The notes under the pieces were generated by a model. It had not been told where the DNA came from and searched no databases. It worked only from the letters and a program-made list of their open reading frames with translations. A DNA stretch of 64,000 bases from Solirubrobacterales bacterium. GTDB taxonomy: Bacteria > Actinomycetota > Thermoleophilia > Solirubrobacterales > Solirubrobacteraceae. The stretch's first letter is position 1; the number at the start of each line of letters is the position of its first letter. Location of the stretch: assembly GCA_038224135.1 (NCBI GenBank), contig JBBRFO010000001.1:9503-73502 (forward strand), in the 5' to 3' direction. Below, piece by piece: positions 18,107 through 25,838 of the stretch. A program made the position numbers and the translations under genes.

Positions 18107-18817
18107 ATGCCACGGGCTGATCCCGTCCGCGTATCTATCCGCGTCGTCGACGCCGAGCCGACGATCGCCGATGTCGTCTCCCGCTATCTGATCGCCGCCG
18201 GCTACGAGACCCGCACGGCCGGCGATGGCCCCGGCGCGCTCGCCGAGATCACTGCCCGCAAGCCCGACCTCGTCGTGCTCGACCTGATGCTGCCCGGGAT
18301 GGACGGGCTCGAGGTGATGCGGCGGATCCGAGACGAGCCCGCCGGCCGCGACCGCGTCGCCGTGATCCTGCTGACGGCCAAGGGCGAGGAGTCCGACCGC
18401 GTGATCGGCCTGCGTCTGGGCGCCGACGACTACGTCGTCAAGCCGTTCTCGCCGGCCGAGCTCGTCGCGCGCGTCGACGCCGTCCTGCGCCGGATCGACC
18501 TGACGCCGGCCGACGAGGCGCCGCTCGAATTCGACGGGCTGACGATCGACCCGGTCGGCCGCCGCGCGATCGCCCACGGCGCCGAGCTGGCGCTGACCCA
18601 GCGCGAGTTCGACCTGCTGCTGTTCCTCGCGCGGCACCCGGGCCGCGCGTTCACGCGCGACGAGCTGATGGACCGCGTCTGGCAGTACTCGTTCTACACC
18701 GACACGGCGACCGTCACCGTCCACGTGCGCCGCCTGCGCGCCAAGGTCGAGCTGAACCCCGCGACGCCGCGGCACATCGAGACGGTGTGGGGCGTCGGCT
18801 ACCGGTTCGCCGCATGA
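18107..18817 (+). CDS. OmpR/PhoB-family response regulator
   Basis: Receiver DLVVLDLMLPGMDG plus winged-helix C-terminus (TVHVRRLRAKVE...IETVWGVGYRF). Confidence 0.95.
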   Translation: MPRADPVRVSIRVVDAEPTIADVVSRYLIAAGYETRTAGDGPGALAEITARKPDLVVLDLMLPGMDGLEVMRRIRDEPAGRDRVAVILLTAKGEESDRVIGLRLGADDYVVKPFSPAELVARVDAVLRRIDLTPADEAPLEFDGLTIDPVGRRAIAHGAELALTQREFDLLLFLARHPGRAFTRDELMDRVWQYSFYTDTATVTVHVRRLRAKVELNPATPRHIETVWGVGYRFAA

Positions 18818-20001
18818 GGCAGGCCTGGCTGCTGGCCTGGTCGCTTGCCGGCGCGCTGGTCCTGGCGCTGCTCGCGGCGCTCGTCGCGGGCGCCGTCTAC
18901 GGCGCGGAGGCAGCGCGGCAGACGGCGATCGTGCTGGCACCGCTGGGCGTCGTCACGACGCTCATCGCCGGCGGGCTCGTCGCCGGCCGCGCGCGGATCG
19001 GCGGCCTGCGGCGCCAGTTCGCGGTCGCCGCGATCGTCGCCGTCGCGACGTTGCTGGCGGCGACCGGGTTGTTCACCGCGCGGATGTTCGTCAGCAACCA
19101 CGACGCGCTGTTCACGGCGATCCTCGCCGTCTACGCCGGCGTCATCGGCTGGTGGGCGGGGGCGCTGCTGGCCGGTCGCGCGCTGGCCGACGTCGACGTC
19201 GTCCGCGACGGTCTGCGCGCCGTCGGTGAGGGCGAGCGCGATGTCGCCTTCCCGACCACCGGGCGCGACGAGATCGCGGATCTCGCGGTCGCGGCGGCGG
19301 CGATGTCGCACAAGCTCGCCGGCGAGGAGCGGGCCCGGCGGGAGCTCGTCGCCGCGGTGTCGCACGACCTGCGCACCCCGCTGACGAACCTGCGCCTGGT
19401 CGCCGACGCGGTCGGGGACGGCGTGCTGCCCGACGCCGATCGCGACGCCTACCTGAGCCAGCTCAGCGTCCACGTCCGTCAGCTCGGCGCGCTGATCGAC
19501 GACCTGTTCGAGCTCTCGCGGCTGGAGGCCGGCGACATCCGCTGGAGCGTCGAGCACGTCGACCTGACCGGCCTCGTGCAGGAGACCGTCGACTCGATGC
19601 GCTCTCAGGCGGCGCTCAGCTCGGTCGAGGTGCGGACCGAGCTCGCCGGCGACCGCGTGCGCGCGCAGGCCAACCCTGAGCAGCTCCAGCGGGTCCTGTT
19701 CAACCTGATCCAGAACGCCGTCCGGCACACGCCGGCCGACGGCAGCGTCGTCGTGCGCGCGGCCGTGCGCGGCAACGACATCCAGGTCGAGGTTGCCGAC
19801 ACCGGCGCCGGCATCCCGCCGGACAGCCGCGAGCGGATCTTCGACGCGTTCGTCCGCGGCGACGACGCACGCACGACCGACGGCGCAGGGCTGGGCCTGG
19901 CGATCGCGCGCGCGATCGTCGAAGCGCACGGCGGCCGGATCTGGCTCGCCGACGCGGACGTCGGGACGCGTGTGCGCTTCACGGTTCCGGCCGCCGCGTA
20001 G
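18814..20001 (+). CDS. sensor histidine kinase (2 TM, HAMP, HisKA, HATPase_c)
   Basis: H-box AAVSHDLRTPLT, N-box LIQNAVRHT, G-boxes DTGAGI / GAGLGLAI. ATGA overlap with the regulator stop. Confidence 0.95.
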   Translation: MRQAWLLAWSLAGALVLALLAALVAGAVYGAEAARQTAIVLAPLGVVTTLIAGGLVAGRARIGGLRRQFAVAAIVAVATLLAATGLFTARMFVSNHDALFTAILAVYAGVIGWWAGALLAGRALADVDVVRDGLRAVGEGERDVAFPTTGRDEIADLAVAAAAMSHKLAGEERARRELVAAVSHDLRTPLTNLRLVADAVGDGVLPDADRDAYLSQLSVHVRQLGALIDDLFELSRLEAGDIRWSVEHVDLTGLVQETVDSMRSQAALSSVEVRTELAGDRVRAQANPEQLQRVLFNLIQNAVRHTPADGSVVVRAAVRGNDIQVEVADTGAGIPPDSRERIFDAFVRGDDARTTDGAGLGLAIARAIVEAHGGRIWLADADVGTRVRFTVPAAA

Positions 20002-20007
20002 CCGCGC

Positions 20008-21237
20008 ATGCGTGCGCTGGGCGGACTCGCCGCGCTCGGGCTGACGCTCGCCGGCTGCGGCTCGACCGCGATGCCGCGGACGGCGGCGATCCGCGATCAG
20101 CGGGCAGTCGTCCCGCTGGACGCCGCGGGCGTCGCCGGCCGACCGGCGGTCCGGGGCGGTGCCCAGCCCTGGCCGGGCTTTGGCCGCGACGCGACGCACT
20201 CAGGGTCCGCTCCCGTCGTCGGCCCGCAGCGCGGCCACGTCCGCTGGCGCCGGCGGCTGGAGGGGCCCGTCGTACCCGGCCCGGTCATCGGCTCCGGCCG
20301 CGTCGTCCTTGCCGCCAGCAACGCGGGCGTCCTTCACGCGATCGACCTCACGACCGGGCGCGACCGATGGCGCGCGAACGGCGGCGGCGCCTACGGGAGC
20401 GACCTGTCGACCAGCCCGGCGCTGCTCACCGACGGGACGATCCTGTGGCCCGGTCCGCGCGACGCCGTGATCGCCCTCGACCAGCACGGCCGCGAGCGCT
20501 GGCGCCTGTCGTTCGACGGGACGCCGCTGTCGCCGGTGCTCGCGCCGGACGGCATGCTGATCGTCGGCGACGCCCGCGGAGGCCTGTCGGCGTTCGACCC
20601 GCCGACCAGCGGTGTTGCCCCGAGACGACGCTGGCACATCGACCTCGGCGAGGTCTCCTACGGCAGCCCGGCGATCGCCCGCGACGGGACCGTGTACACG
20701 ACAGCCGATGCCGGGCTCGTCGCCGTCCGCGACGGCCGTGTGCGCTGGCGGGTCCACGCGCGCGACCTGTCGGAGACGTCCCCCGCGATCGCGCCGGACG
20801 GCACCGTCGTCTTCACCGCCAACGACCACACGGCCTACGGGGTCCGGCCGGACGGCCGGGTGCGCTGGCGCTTCGACATCGGCGCGCTGACGTACTCGTC
20901 ACCGTCGGCGACCGCAGACGGGCTCGTCTACCTCGGCGACCACCTGGGGCGCGTGACCGCGATCGATGCCCGGACCGGCCGCCTGCGCGCCCGCGTGCGC
21001 GGGCTCTCGCGCACGCCGGCGCTGCGCTCGGTCGGCGTCTGGACTCAGCCGGTCATCGATGCCCGCCACGACGTCTACTTCGGCACGCGGCCGGGCCACG
21101 TGTACGGCTTCGACGCGCGCGGTCGGCGGCTGCTCGACATCGACACCGGCGCGACGGTCGACTCCTATCCGGCCCTGGCCTCCGACGGGACGCTCGTCGT
21201 CGGCAGCGAGTCCGGCGACCTGCTGGCGGTCCGATGA
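20008..21237 (+). CDS. lipoprotein with PQQ-like/BamB-like beta-propeller repeats
   Basis: Lipobox LTLAGCGS. Repeated ..G.v.A.D..TGR.RWR.. units. Starts 6 nt after the kinase stop. Confidence 0.75.
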   Translation: MRALGGLAALGLTLAGCGSTAMPRTAAIRDQRAVVPLDAAGVAGRPAVRGGAQPWPGFGRDATHSGSAPVVGPQRGHVRWRRRLEGPVVPGPVIGSGRVVLAASNAGVLHAIDLTTGRDRWRANGGGAYGSDLSTSPALLTDGTILWPGPRDAVIALDQHGRERWRLSFDGTPLSPVLAPDGMLIVGDARGGLSAFDPPTSGVAPRRRWHIDLGEVSYGSPAIARDGTVYTTADAGLVAVRDGRVRWRVHARDLSETSPAIAPDGTVVFTANDHTAYGVRPDGRVRWRFDIGALTYSSPSATADGLVYLGDHLGRVTAIDARTGRLRARVRGLSRTPALRSVGVWTQPVIDARHDVYFGTRPGHVYGFDARGRRLLDIDTGATVDSYPALASDGTLVVGSESGDLLAVR

Positions 21238-21238
21238 G

Positions 21239-22015
21239 TCACCGCCGCGCAGCCAGCAGCTCAGAAACGCTGACCACGCGCATGCCACGCGCGTGCAGCG
21301 CCGGCAGCAGCCGCGCCACGGCGGCGACGGTGCGCGCGCGGTCCAGCCGGCCGTCATGGGCGAGCACGATCGACCCCGGCCGCAGCGACGCCGCCAGCAC
21401 GGCTGCAGCCTGGGCAGGAGTGCGCTCTCGCAGTTCGCGTTCAACGACCGCGTTCCAGCCGATCGTGCGCAGGCCCAGACGTGCCCCAGCAAGACTGACG
21501 CGGGGATCGAAGAATCCATGCGGCGGGCGGAAGTACCGCGCCGCCGGCAGCCCGGCGCGGCGCGCAGCGGCCAGGCCGCCGGCGATCTGGCGGCGAATGC
21601 CCGCGTCGGGCAGCGGCGGCAGCAGAACATGGTCGAGCGTGTGGTCGCCGACCTCGTTGCCCGCGGCGACGATTGCCCGCGCCAATGCGGGATGCGCCGC
21701 GATCCGGCGCCCGATGACGAAGAACGTCGCGTGGGCGTGCGCCAAACGCAGAAGTCGCAGGATCTGCGGCGTGAAGTGCGGGTCCGGTCCGTCGTCGAAT
21801 GTCAGCGCAACGATCGGCCGGCGGGTACGGACCGCGATGATGGCGTCATGCGGATCGCGGAGATGATCAGGCGCCCGGATCAGTCCGTCGGCGGTGACGG
21901 CCCCGTGCGGCATGCCGCGCGGGAGGCTCGGGGTGACAGCGACGGTCAGGCAGGCGGCGGCGCTCAGCGCCGCGACGCCCGCGAGGACGGCGCGCGGGCG
22001 CCGGGTCGTTCCCAT
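21239..22015 (-). CDS. polysaccharide deacetylase (NodB homology) family protein, secreted
   Basis: VALTFDDGPDPHFTPQIL ... ATFFVIG ... GDHTLDH ... PPHG motifs. N-terminal signal-like segment. Confidence 0.85.
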   Translation of the reverse strand: MGTTRRPRAVLAGVAALSAAACLTVAVTPSLPRGMPHGAVTADGLIRAPDHLRDPHDAIIAVRTRRPIVALTFDDGPDPHFTPQILRLLRLAHAHATFFVIGRRIAAHPALARAIVAAGNEVGDHTLDHVLLPPLPDAGIRRQIAGGLAAARRAGLPAARYFRPPHGFFDPRVSLAGARLGLRTIGWNAVVERELRERTPAQAAAVLAASLRPGSIVLAHDGRLDRARTVAAVARLLPALHARGMRVVSVSELLAARR

Positions 22016-22048
22016 CGCGCAACCGTAGGACGCAGACGCCGCTCAGGT

Positions 22049-22516
22049 GTGACAGGTCGCGAACATCGCGGTCGGGCGCCGGCGTTGCTCGTCGTCGTGG
22101 CCGTGGCGCTCGCAGGCTGCGGCGGCGGGTCCAAGCCACAGCGCCCGAGGTCGCCCGAGGCTGTCGTGCGCGCCTGGGCCGACGCGCTCCGCGCCGGCCA
22201 CGTCGACCAGGCGACCAGGTTCTTCGCGATCCCGGCATTCGTCGCCAACGCCTCGCCACCGATCGAGCTCACCACGCGCTCCGAGGTCCGCGCCTTCAAC
22301 GAGTCGCTGCCGTGCGGAGCCCGCGTCGCCTCGACCAAACGCGGCCCGCGCGGCTTCACGATCGTCACCTTCGTACTCACCGAGCGGCCCGGCCCCGGGG
22401 TCTGCGGCCGCGCCGTCGGGCAGACCGCGCGGACGGCGTTTCGCGTGCGCAACGGGCGGATCACCGACTGGCTGCGGCTCGAGGACATCCCGTCGGCGCC
22501 CGCGACGCAGGTCTGA
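22049..22516 (+). CDS. hypothetical lipoprotein
   Basis: GTG 22049 gives VTGREHRGRAPALLVVVAVALAGCGG (lipobox). High GC3. Exact start uncertain. Confidence 0.55.
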   Translation: MTGREHRGRAPALLVVVAVALAGCGGGSKPQRPRSPEAVVRAWADALRAGHVDQATRFFAIPAFVANASPPIELTTRSEVRAFNESLPCGARVASTKRGPRGFTIVTFVLTERPGPGVCGRAVGQTARTAFRVRNGRITDWLRLEDIPSAPATQV

Positions 22517-22558
22517 CCGTCATGTGTAACGGATCGGCGCCCGGGAATACCACCGGGC

Positions 22559-23932
22559 ATGAGCGACGCGACCTACGATGTGGTGATCATCGGGGCCGGG
22601 CCGGGCGGTGAGGTCTGCGCCGGCCGCCTGGCCGACGGCGGCCTTGCGGTCGCGATCGTCGAGCAGCACCTGGTCGGCGGTGAGTGCTCGTTCTATGGCT
22701 GCATGCCGTCCAAGGCGCTGCTGCGGCCTGAGCAGGCGGTCGCCGAGACGCAGCGCGTCCCCGGCGCGCACGAGGCCGTGACAGGCCCGCTCGATGTCGC
22801 CGCCGTCCTCGCGCGGCGCGACGAGGTGATCCACGACCTCGACGACAGCGCGCAGCTGCCGTGGCTCGAGCAGCGCGGCATCGTCCTGTACCGCGGCAGC
22901 GGCGAGCTCACCGGCGAACGTCGCGTCAAGGTCGGCGACGACGTCCTGCACGCGCGACGCGCGGTGATCATCGCGACCGGCAGTTCAGCAGCGCTGCTGC
23001 CGGTCGACGGCCTTGCCGACGCCAAGCCGTGGACCAACCGCGAGGCGACGACGGCCGGGGCGGTTCCCGGCCGGCTGCTCGTGCTCGGCGGCGGCGTCGT
23101 CGGCGTCGAGCTGACGCAGGCCTACCGATCGCTCGGCAGCGCCGTCACGCTCGTCGAGTTCGGCCCGCGCCTGATCGGCCGCGAGGAGCCCTTCGCCTCC
23201 GAGCAGGTCGAGGCGGCGCTGCGTGAGGACGGCGTCGACGTGCGCCTGTCGACCAGCGCCGACGCCGTCAGCCGGACGGACGGCGAGGTTCACGCGACGC
23301 TGTCCGACGGGACGCAGGTCGTCGCCGACGAGATCCTCGTGGCGGCCGGCCGCAAGCCCAACACCGACGGGCTCGGGCTCGATGCGGTCGGCGTGCGGTC
23401 GGGCGGCTCGATCGAGACCGATCTGCAGCTGCGCGTCGTCGGTGCCGAGGAGTGGCTGTACGCCATCGGCGACGTCAACGGCCGCGCGCTGCTGACCCAC
23501 CAGGGCAAGTACCAGGGCCGGATCGCCGCCGATCACATCCTCGGGGGCGCAGGCACCTCGCTCGTCTACGGCGGTCCGCTGTCGCCGCGCGTCGTCTTCA
23601 CCGAGCCGCAGGTCGCGGCGGTCGGCCACACGCTGGCCTCGGCGCTCGAGGCCGGCATCGACGCCCGCGCGGTCGACGCGGACATGAACAGCACCGCGGG
23701 CGCGTCGTTCGTCGGCCGCAACGAGCCCGGCCGCGCCCGGATCGTCGTCGACGAGAACCGCCGCGTCCTGGTGGGCGCGACGTTCACCGGCGCGGACGTC
23801 GCCGAGTTCGTCCACGCGGCGACGATCGCGATCGTCGGCGACGTCCCGATCGACCGCCTCTGGCACGCCGTGCCGAGCTTCCCGACGCGCAGCGAAGTCT
23901 GGCTGAAGCTGCTGGAGGAGTACGGGCTCTAG
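22559..23932 (+). CDS. class I pyridine nucleotide-disulfide oxidoreductase (dihydrolipoyl dehydrogenase / mycothione-reductase-like)
   Basis: YDVVIIGAGPGG, redox-active GGECSFYGCMPSK (CxxxxC), a second Rossmann motif LLVLGGGVVGVE, and C-terminal HAVPSFPTRSE His/Glu dyad. No C-terminal CC pair. Confidence 0.85.
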   Translation: MSDATYDVVIIGAGPGGEVCAGRLADGGLAVAIVEQHLVGGECSFYGCMPSKALLRPEQAVAETQRVPGAHEAVTGPLDVAAVLARRDEVIHDLDDSAQLPWLEQRGIVLYRGSGELTGERRVKVGDDVLHARRAVIIATGSSAALLPVDGLADAKPWTNREATTAGAVPGRLLVLGGGVVGVELTQAYRSLGSAVTLVEFGPRLIGREEPFASEQVEAALREDGVDVRLSTSADAVSRTDGEVHATLSDGTQVVADEILVAAGRKPNTDGLGLDAVGVRSGGSIETDLQLRVVGAEEWLYAIGDVNGRALLTHQGKYQGRIAADHILGGAGTSLVYGGPLSPRVVFTEPQVAAVGHTLASALEAGIDARAVDADMNSTAGASFVGRNEPGRARIVVDENRRVLVGATFTGADVAEFVHAATIAIVGDVPIDRLWHAVPSFPTRSEVWLKLLEEYGL

Positions 23933-24438
23933 GCCTCCGAGGGCGCGATGGCGCAGCCACGGCCGAGGTCGCGTGCGGCCATCAGGCCGGAGACCAGCAA
24001 CAGCCCGATCGACACCATGCTCAGCGGCAGGAACCAGCGGTGCGCCGTCAGATTGACGTTCAGCGCCGTCGTGCCGCTCGCACCGAGGACGCCGGCCAGC
24101 GCCGGGACCAGCAGCGGCGAGCAGCAGGACACGGCGGCGAGGCCTGTGAACGAGCTGACCGCGACGCCCGCTCCAGCGCGCATCCGGGCGCTCGCGCGCG
24201 CCTGACGCAGCGCCGCGACCTGGAGCGGGACGACGAGCCCGAAGCCGATGCTCATCAGTCCAATCGCGATCAGGCGTGAGGGCTGAAGGTCCCAGAACAG
24301 CCCGCCGACCGGCGAGCGCACGGCAATCTGCCCGGCCCAGCCGAGGACGACCGCGCTCGTCAGCGCGACGACCACCGCGAGCGCGACGTTGAACGGATCA
24401 CCGAACACCGTGCGGACGGCCAGCCGCATCGCGCTCAT
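23929..24438 (-). CDS. hypothetical 4-TM membrane protein with intramembrane vicinal cysteines (AAVSCCSPLLVP)
   Basis: ATG 24438 forms an ATGA overlap with the DUF929 stop. Four hydrophobic segments, a CC pair in TM3 and one more Cys near the C-terminus. Confidence 0.7.
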   Translation of the reverse strand: MSAMRLAVRTVFGDPFNVALAVVVALTSAVVLGWAGQIAVRSPVGGLFWDLQPSRLIAIGLMSIGFGLVVPLQVAALRQARASARMRAGAGVAVSSFTGLAAVSCCSPLLVPALAGVLGASGTTALNVNLTAHRWFLPLSMVSIGLLLVSGLMAARDLGRGCAIAPSEA

Positions 24439-25220
24439 TCGAGCTGGCTGCCGAGCGCGGCGATCGGCTTCGCCGTGCACACCGACGCCGGGTGCTCGCC
24501 ACCGAGGCGGCAGATCAGCGCCGTGATCGCATCCGCCTCGTCGTCGATCGCCCGCACGACCGGCGTGTCATCACCGGCGGCGATCGCTTGGCGCAATCCA
24601 TCGAACGACTGCCCCTTCAGCAGCGCCGGCGAGTACGGGAGTTCGACCGTGTACTGCCCGCCGGTCGACCCCGCGGCGATGAACGGGATGCTGCCGCGCG
24701 GGTTGTAGGCGTTCACCAGCGACGACTCGAGCTTGTCGAGGTGCTGGAGCGGCTTGCCGTTCACGTCCGCCACCTCCTTGTGGCGCAGGCTGAACACGCT
24801 GCTGCGATAGGTCGCGTGGACGAAGTCGTAGGTCGCCAGCCGCCCGAAGCCGTCGCCGTCGGCGCTCTTCAGCGGGCGCAGCCCGCGCCAGGTGCCGAAT
24901 CGCGACGTCGCCTTGACGAACGCCCAGCGCTCCGAGGCGCAGAACGGGCAGAAGTGAGCGCCCATGAAAAACAGGACCGGCTTGCCGGCATCCTGCAGCG
25001 GGGTGGTCGAGACGCGCCGGATCAGCTTGATCCCGGCGCTCGACGGCCGGCCGTCAGTGCCCGCTGGTGCGGCGGCGGCAGCCGTCGCGGCAGCGGGAGT
25101 CGTCGAGTCGCCGCCGCCGGTCAGCGCCCCGACCGCGACCCCGGCGACGGCGACGACGGTGAGCGCCAGCGCGGCCCAGGCCCAGCGGCTGTGTCGGACG
25201 GGCTGCTCAGGATCGCTCAT
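24435..25220 (-). CDS. DUF929 domain protein (membrane-anchored, thioredoxin-like CPFC motif)
   Basis: N-terminal anchor WAWAALALTVVAVAGVAVGAL, Ala/Thr linker, then VLFFMGAHFCPFCASERWAF, the signature I recall for DUF929. Confidence 0.75.
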   Translation of the reverse strand: MSDPEQPVRHSRWAWAALALTVVAVAGVAVGALTGGGDSTTPAAATAAAAAPAGTDGRPSSAGIKLIRRVSTTPLQDAGKPVLFFMGAHFCPFCASERWAFVKATSRFGTWRGLRPLKSADGDGFGRLATYDFVHATYRSSVFSLRHKEVADVNGKPLQHLDKLESSLVNAYNPRGSIPFIAAGSTGGQYTVELPYSPALLKGQSFDGLRQAIAAGDDTPVVRAIDDEADAITALICRLGGEHPASVCTAKPIAALGSQLE

Positions 25221-25322
25221 CCCTGCATGATGCGGCCTTGGGCCGGGTCGAAGTCAAGCACTCGCGGCACGCGTTTCGCAGCTCGAAAGGACTTGCCGGG
25301 ATGGCTACTGTGCGCCCGCACG

Positions 25323-25829
25323 ATGCTCAAGAGCCTGTTCAGCTTCCCGAATCCCGTCAACGAGGTGTCCGCTCGGCTGGTCGCCGGCGGAGTGGTGCTG
25401 CTCGCGCTCGCGACGATCCTGCTCGACCAGCCCTGGCTGACGCTCGTGATCGCCTATGGCTTCCTCGCACGGGCGCTGACGGGACCGACGCTGAGCCCGC
25501 TCGGTCAGCTCGTCACGCGCCTCATCACGCCTCGCCTGGGCGTCGCCGAGCGCCCGGTGCCCGGTCCGCCGAAGCGCTTCGCGCAGGCGATCGGCGTCGC
25601 GTTCTCGGTCACCGCGGCGGTGTTCGCGGTCGGGCTGGACCGGACGGGGGCGGGATACATCACGCTCGGCGTCCTGGCCGCCTTCGCGACGCTCGAATCG
25701 GTCTTCGGGATCTGCGTCGGCTGCAGGCTGTTCGCGCTGCTGATGCGCGCCGGCGTGATCCCGCAGACCGTCTGCGAAGCGTGCAACGACCTCTCGCTGC
25801 GCCCGGCGAGCGCCGCCGGCCGAGCCTGA
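25323..25829 (+). CDS. DUF4395 domain membrane protein (two CxxC motifs)
   Basis: MLKSLFSFPNPVNEVSARL..., 4 hydrophobic segments, FGICVGCRLF and TVCEACNDL. Confidence 0.7.
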   Translation: MLKSLFSFPNPVNEVSARLVAGGVVLLALATILLDQPWLTLVIAYGFLARALTGPTLSPLGQLVTRLITPRLGVAERPVPGPPKRFAQAIGVAFSVTAAVFAVGLDRTGAGYITLGVLAAFATLESVFGICVGCRLFALLMRAGVIPQTVCEACNDLSLRPASAAGRA

Positions 25830-25838
25830 AACGGGTGC

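Noticed and set aside
20966-22516. 516-aa ORF covering the end of the propeller lipoprotein gene, the antisense of the deacetylase gene and a downstream region.
   Set aside because: Only the last ~155 codons (from GTG 22049, with a lipobox) look coding. The rest is antisense shadow of the NodB-family gene.
22559-24438. Mercury resistance interpretation (MerA reductase plus a MerT/MerF-like CC transporter).
   Set aside because: The flavoprotein lacks the C-terminal Cys-Cys pair and the N-terminal HMA (NmerA) domain of MerA. No MerR, MerP or MerB is nearby. The membrane motif is CCxP rather than CCxxP. It is retained only as a minor alternative within the thiol-relay finding.
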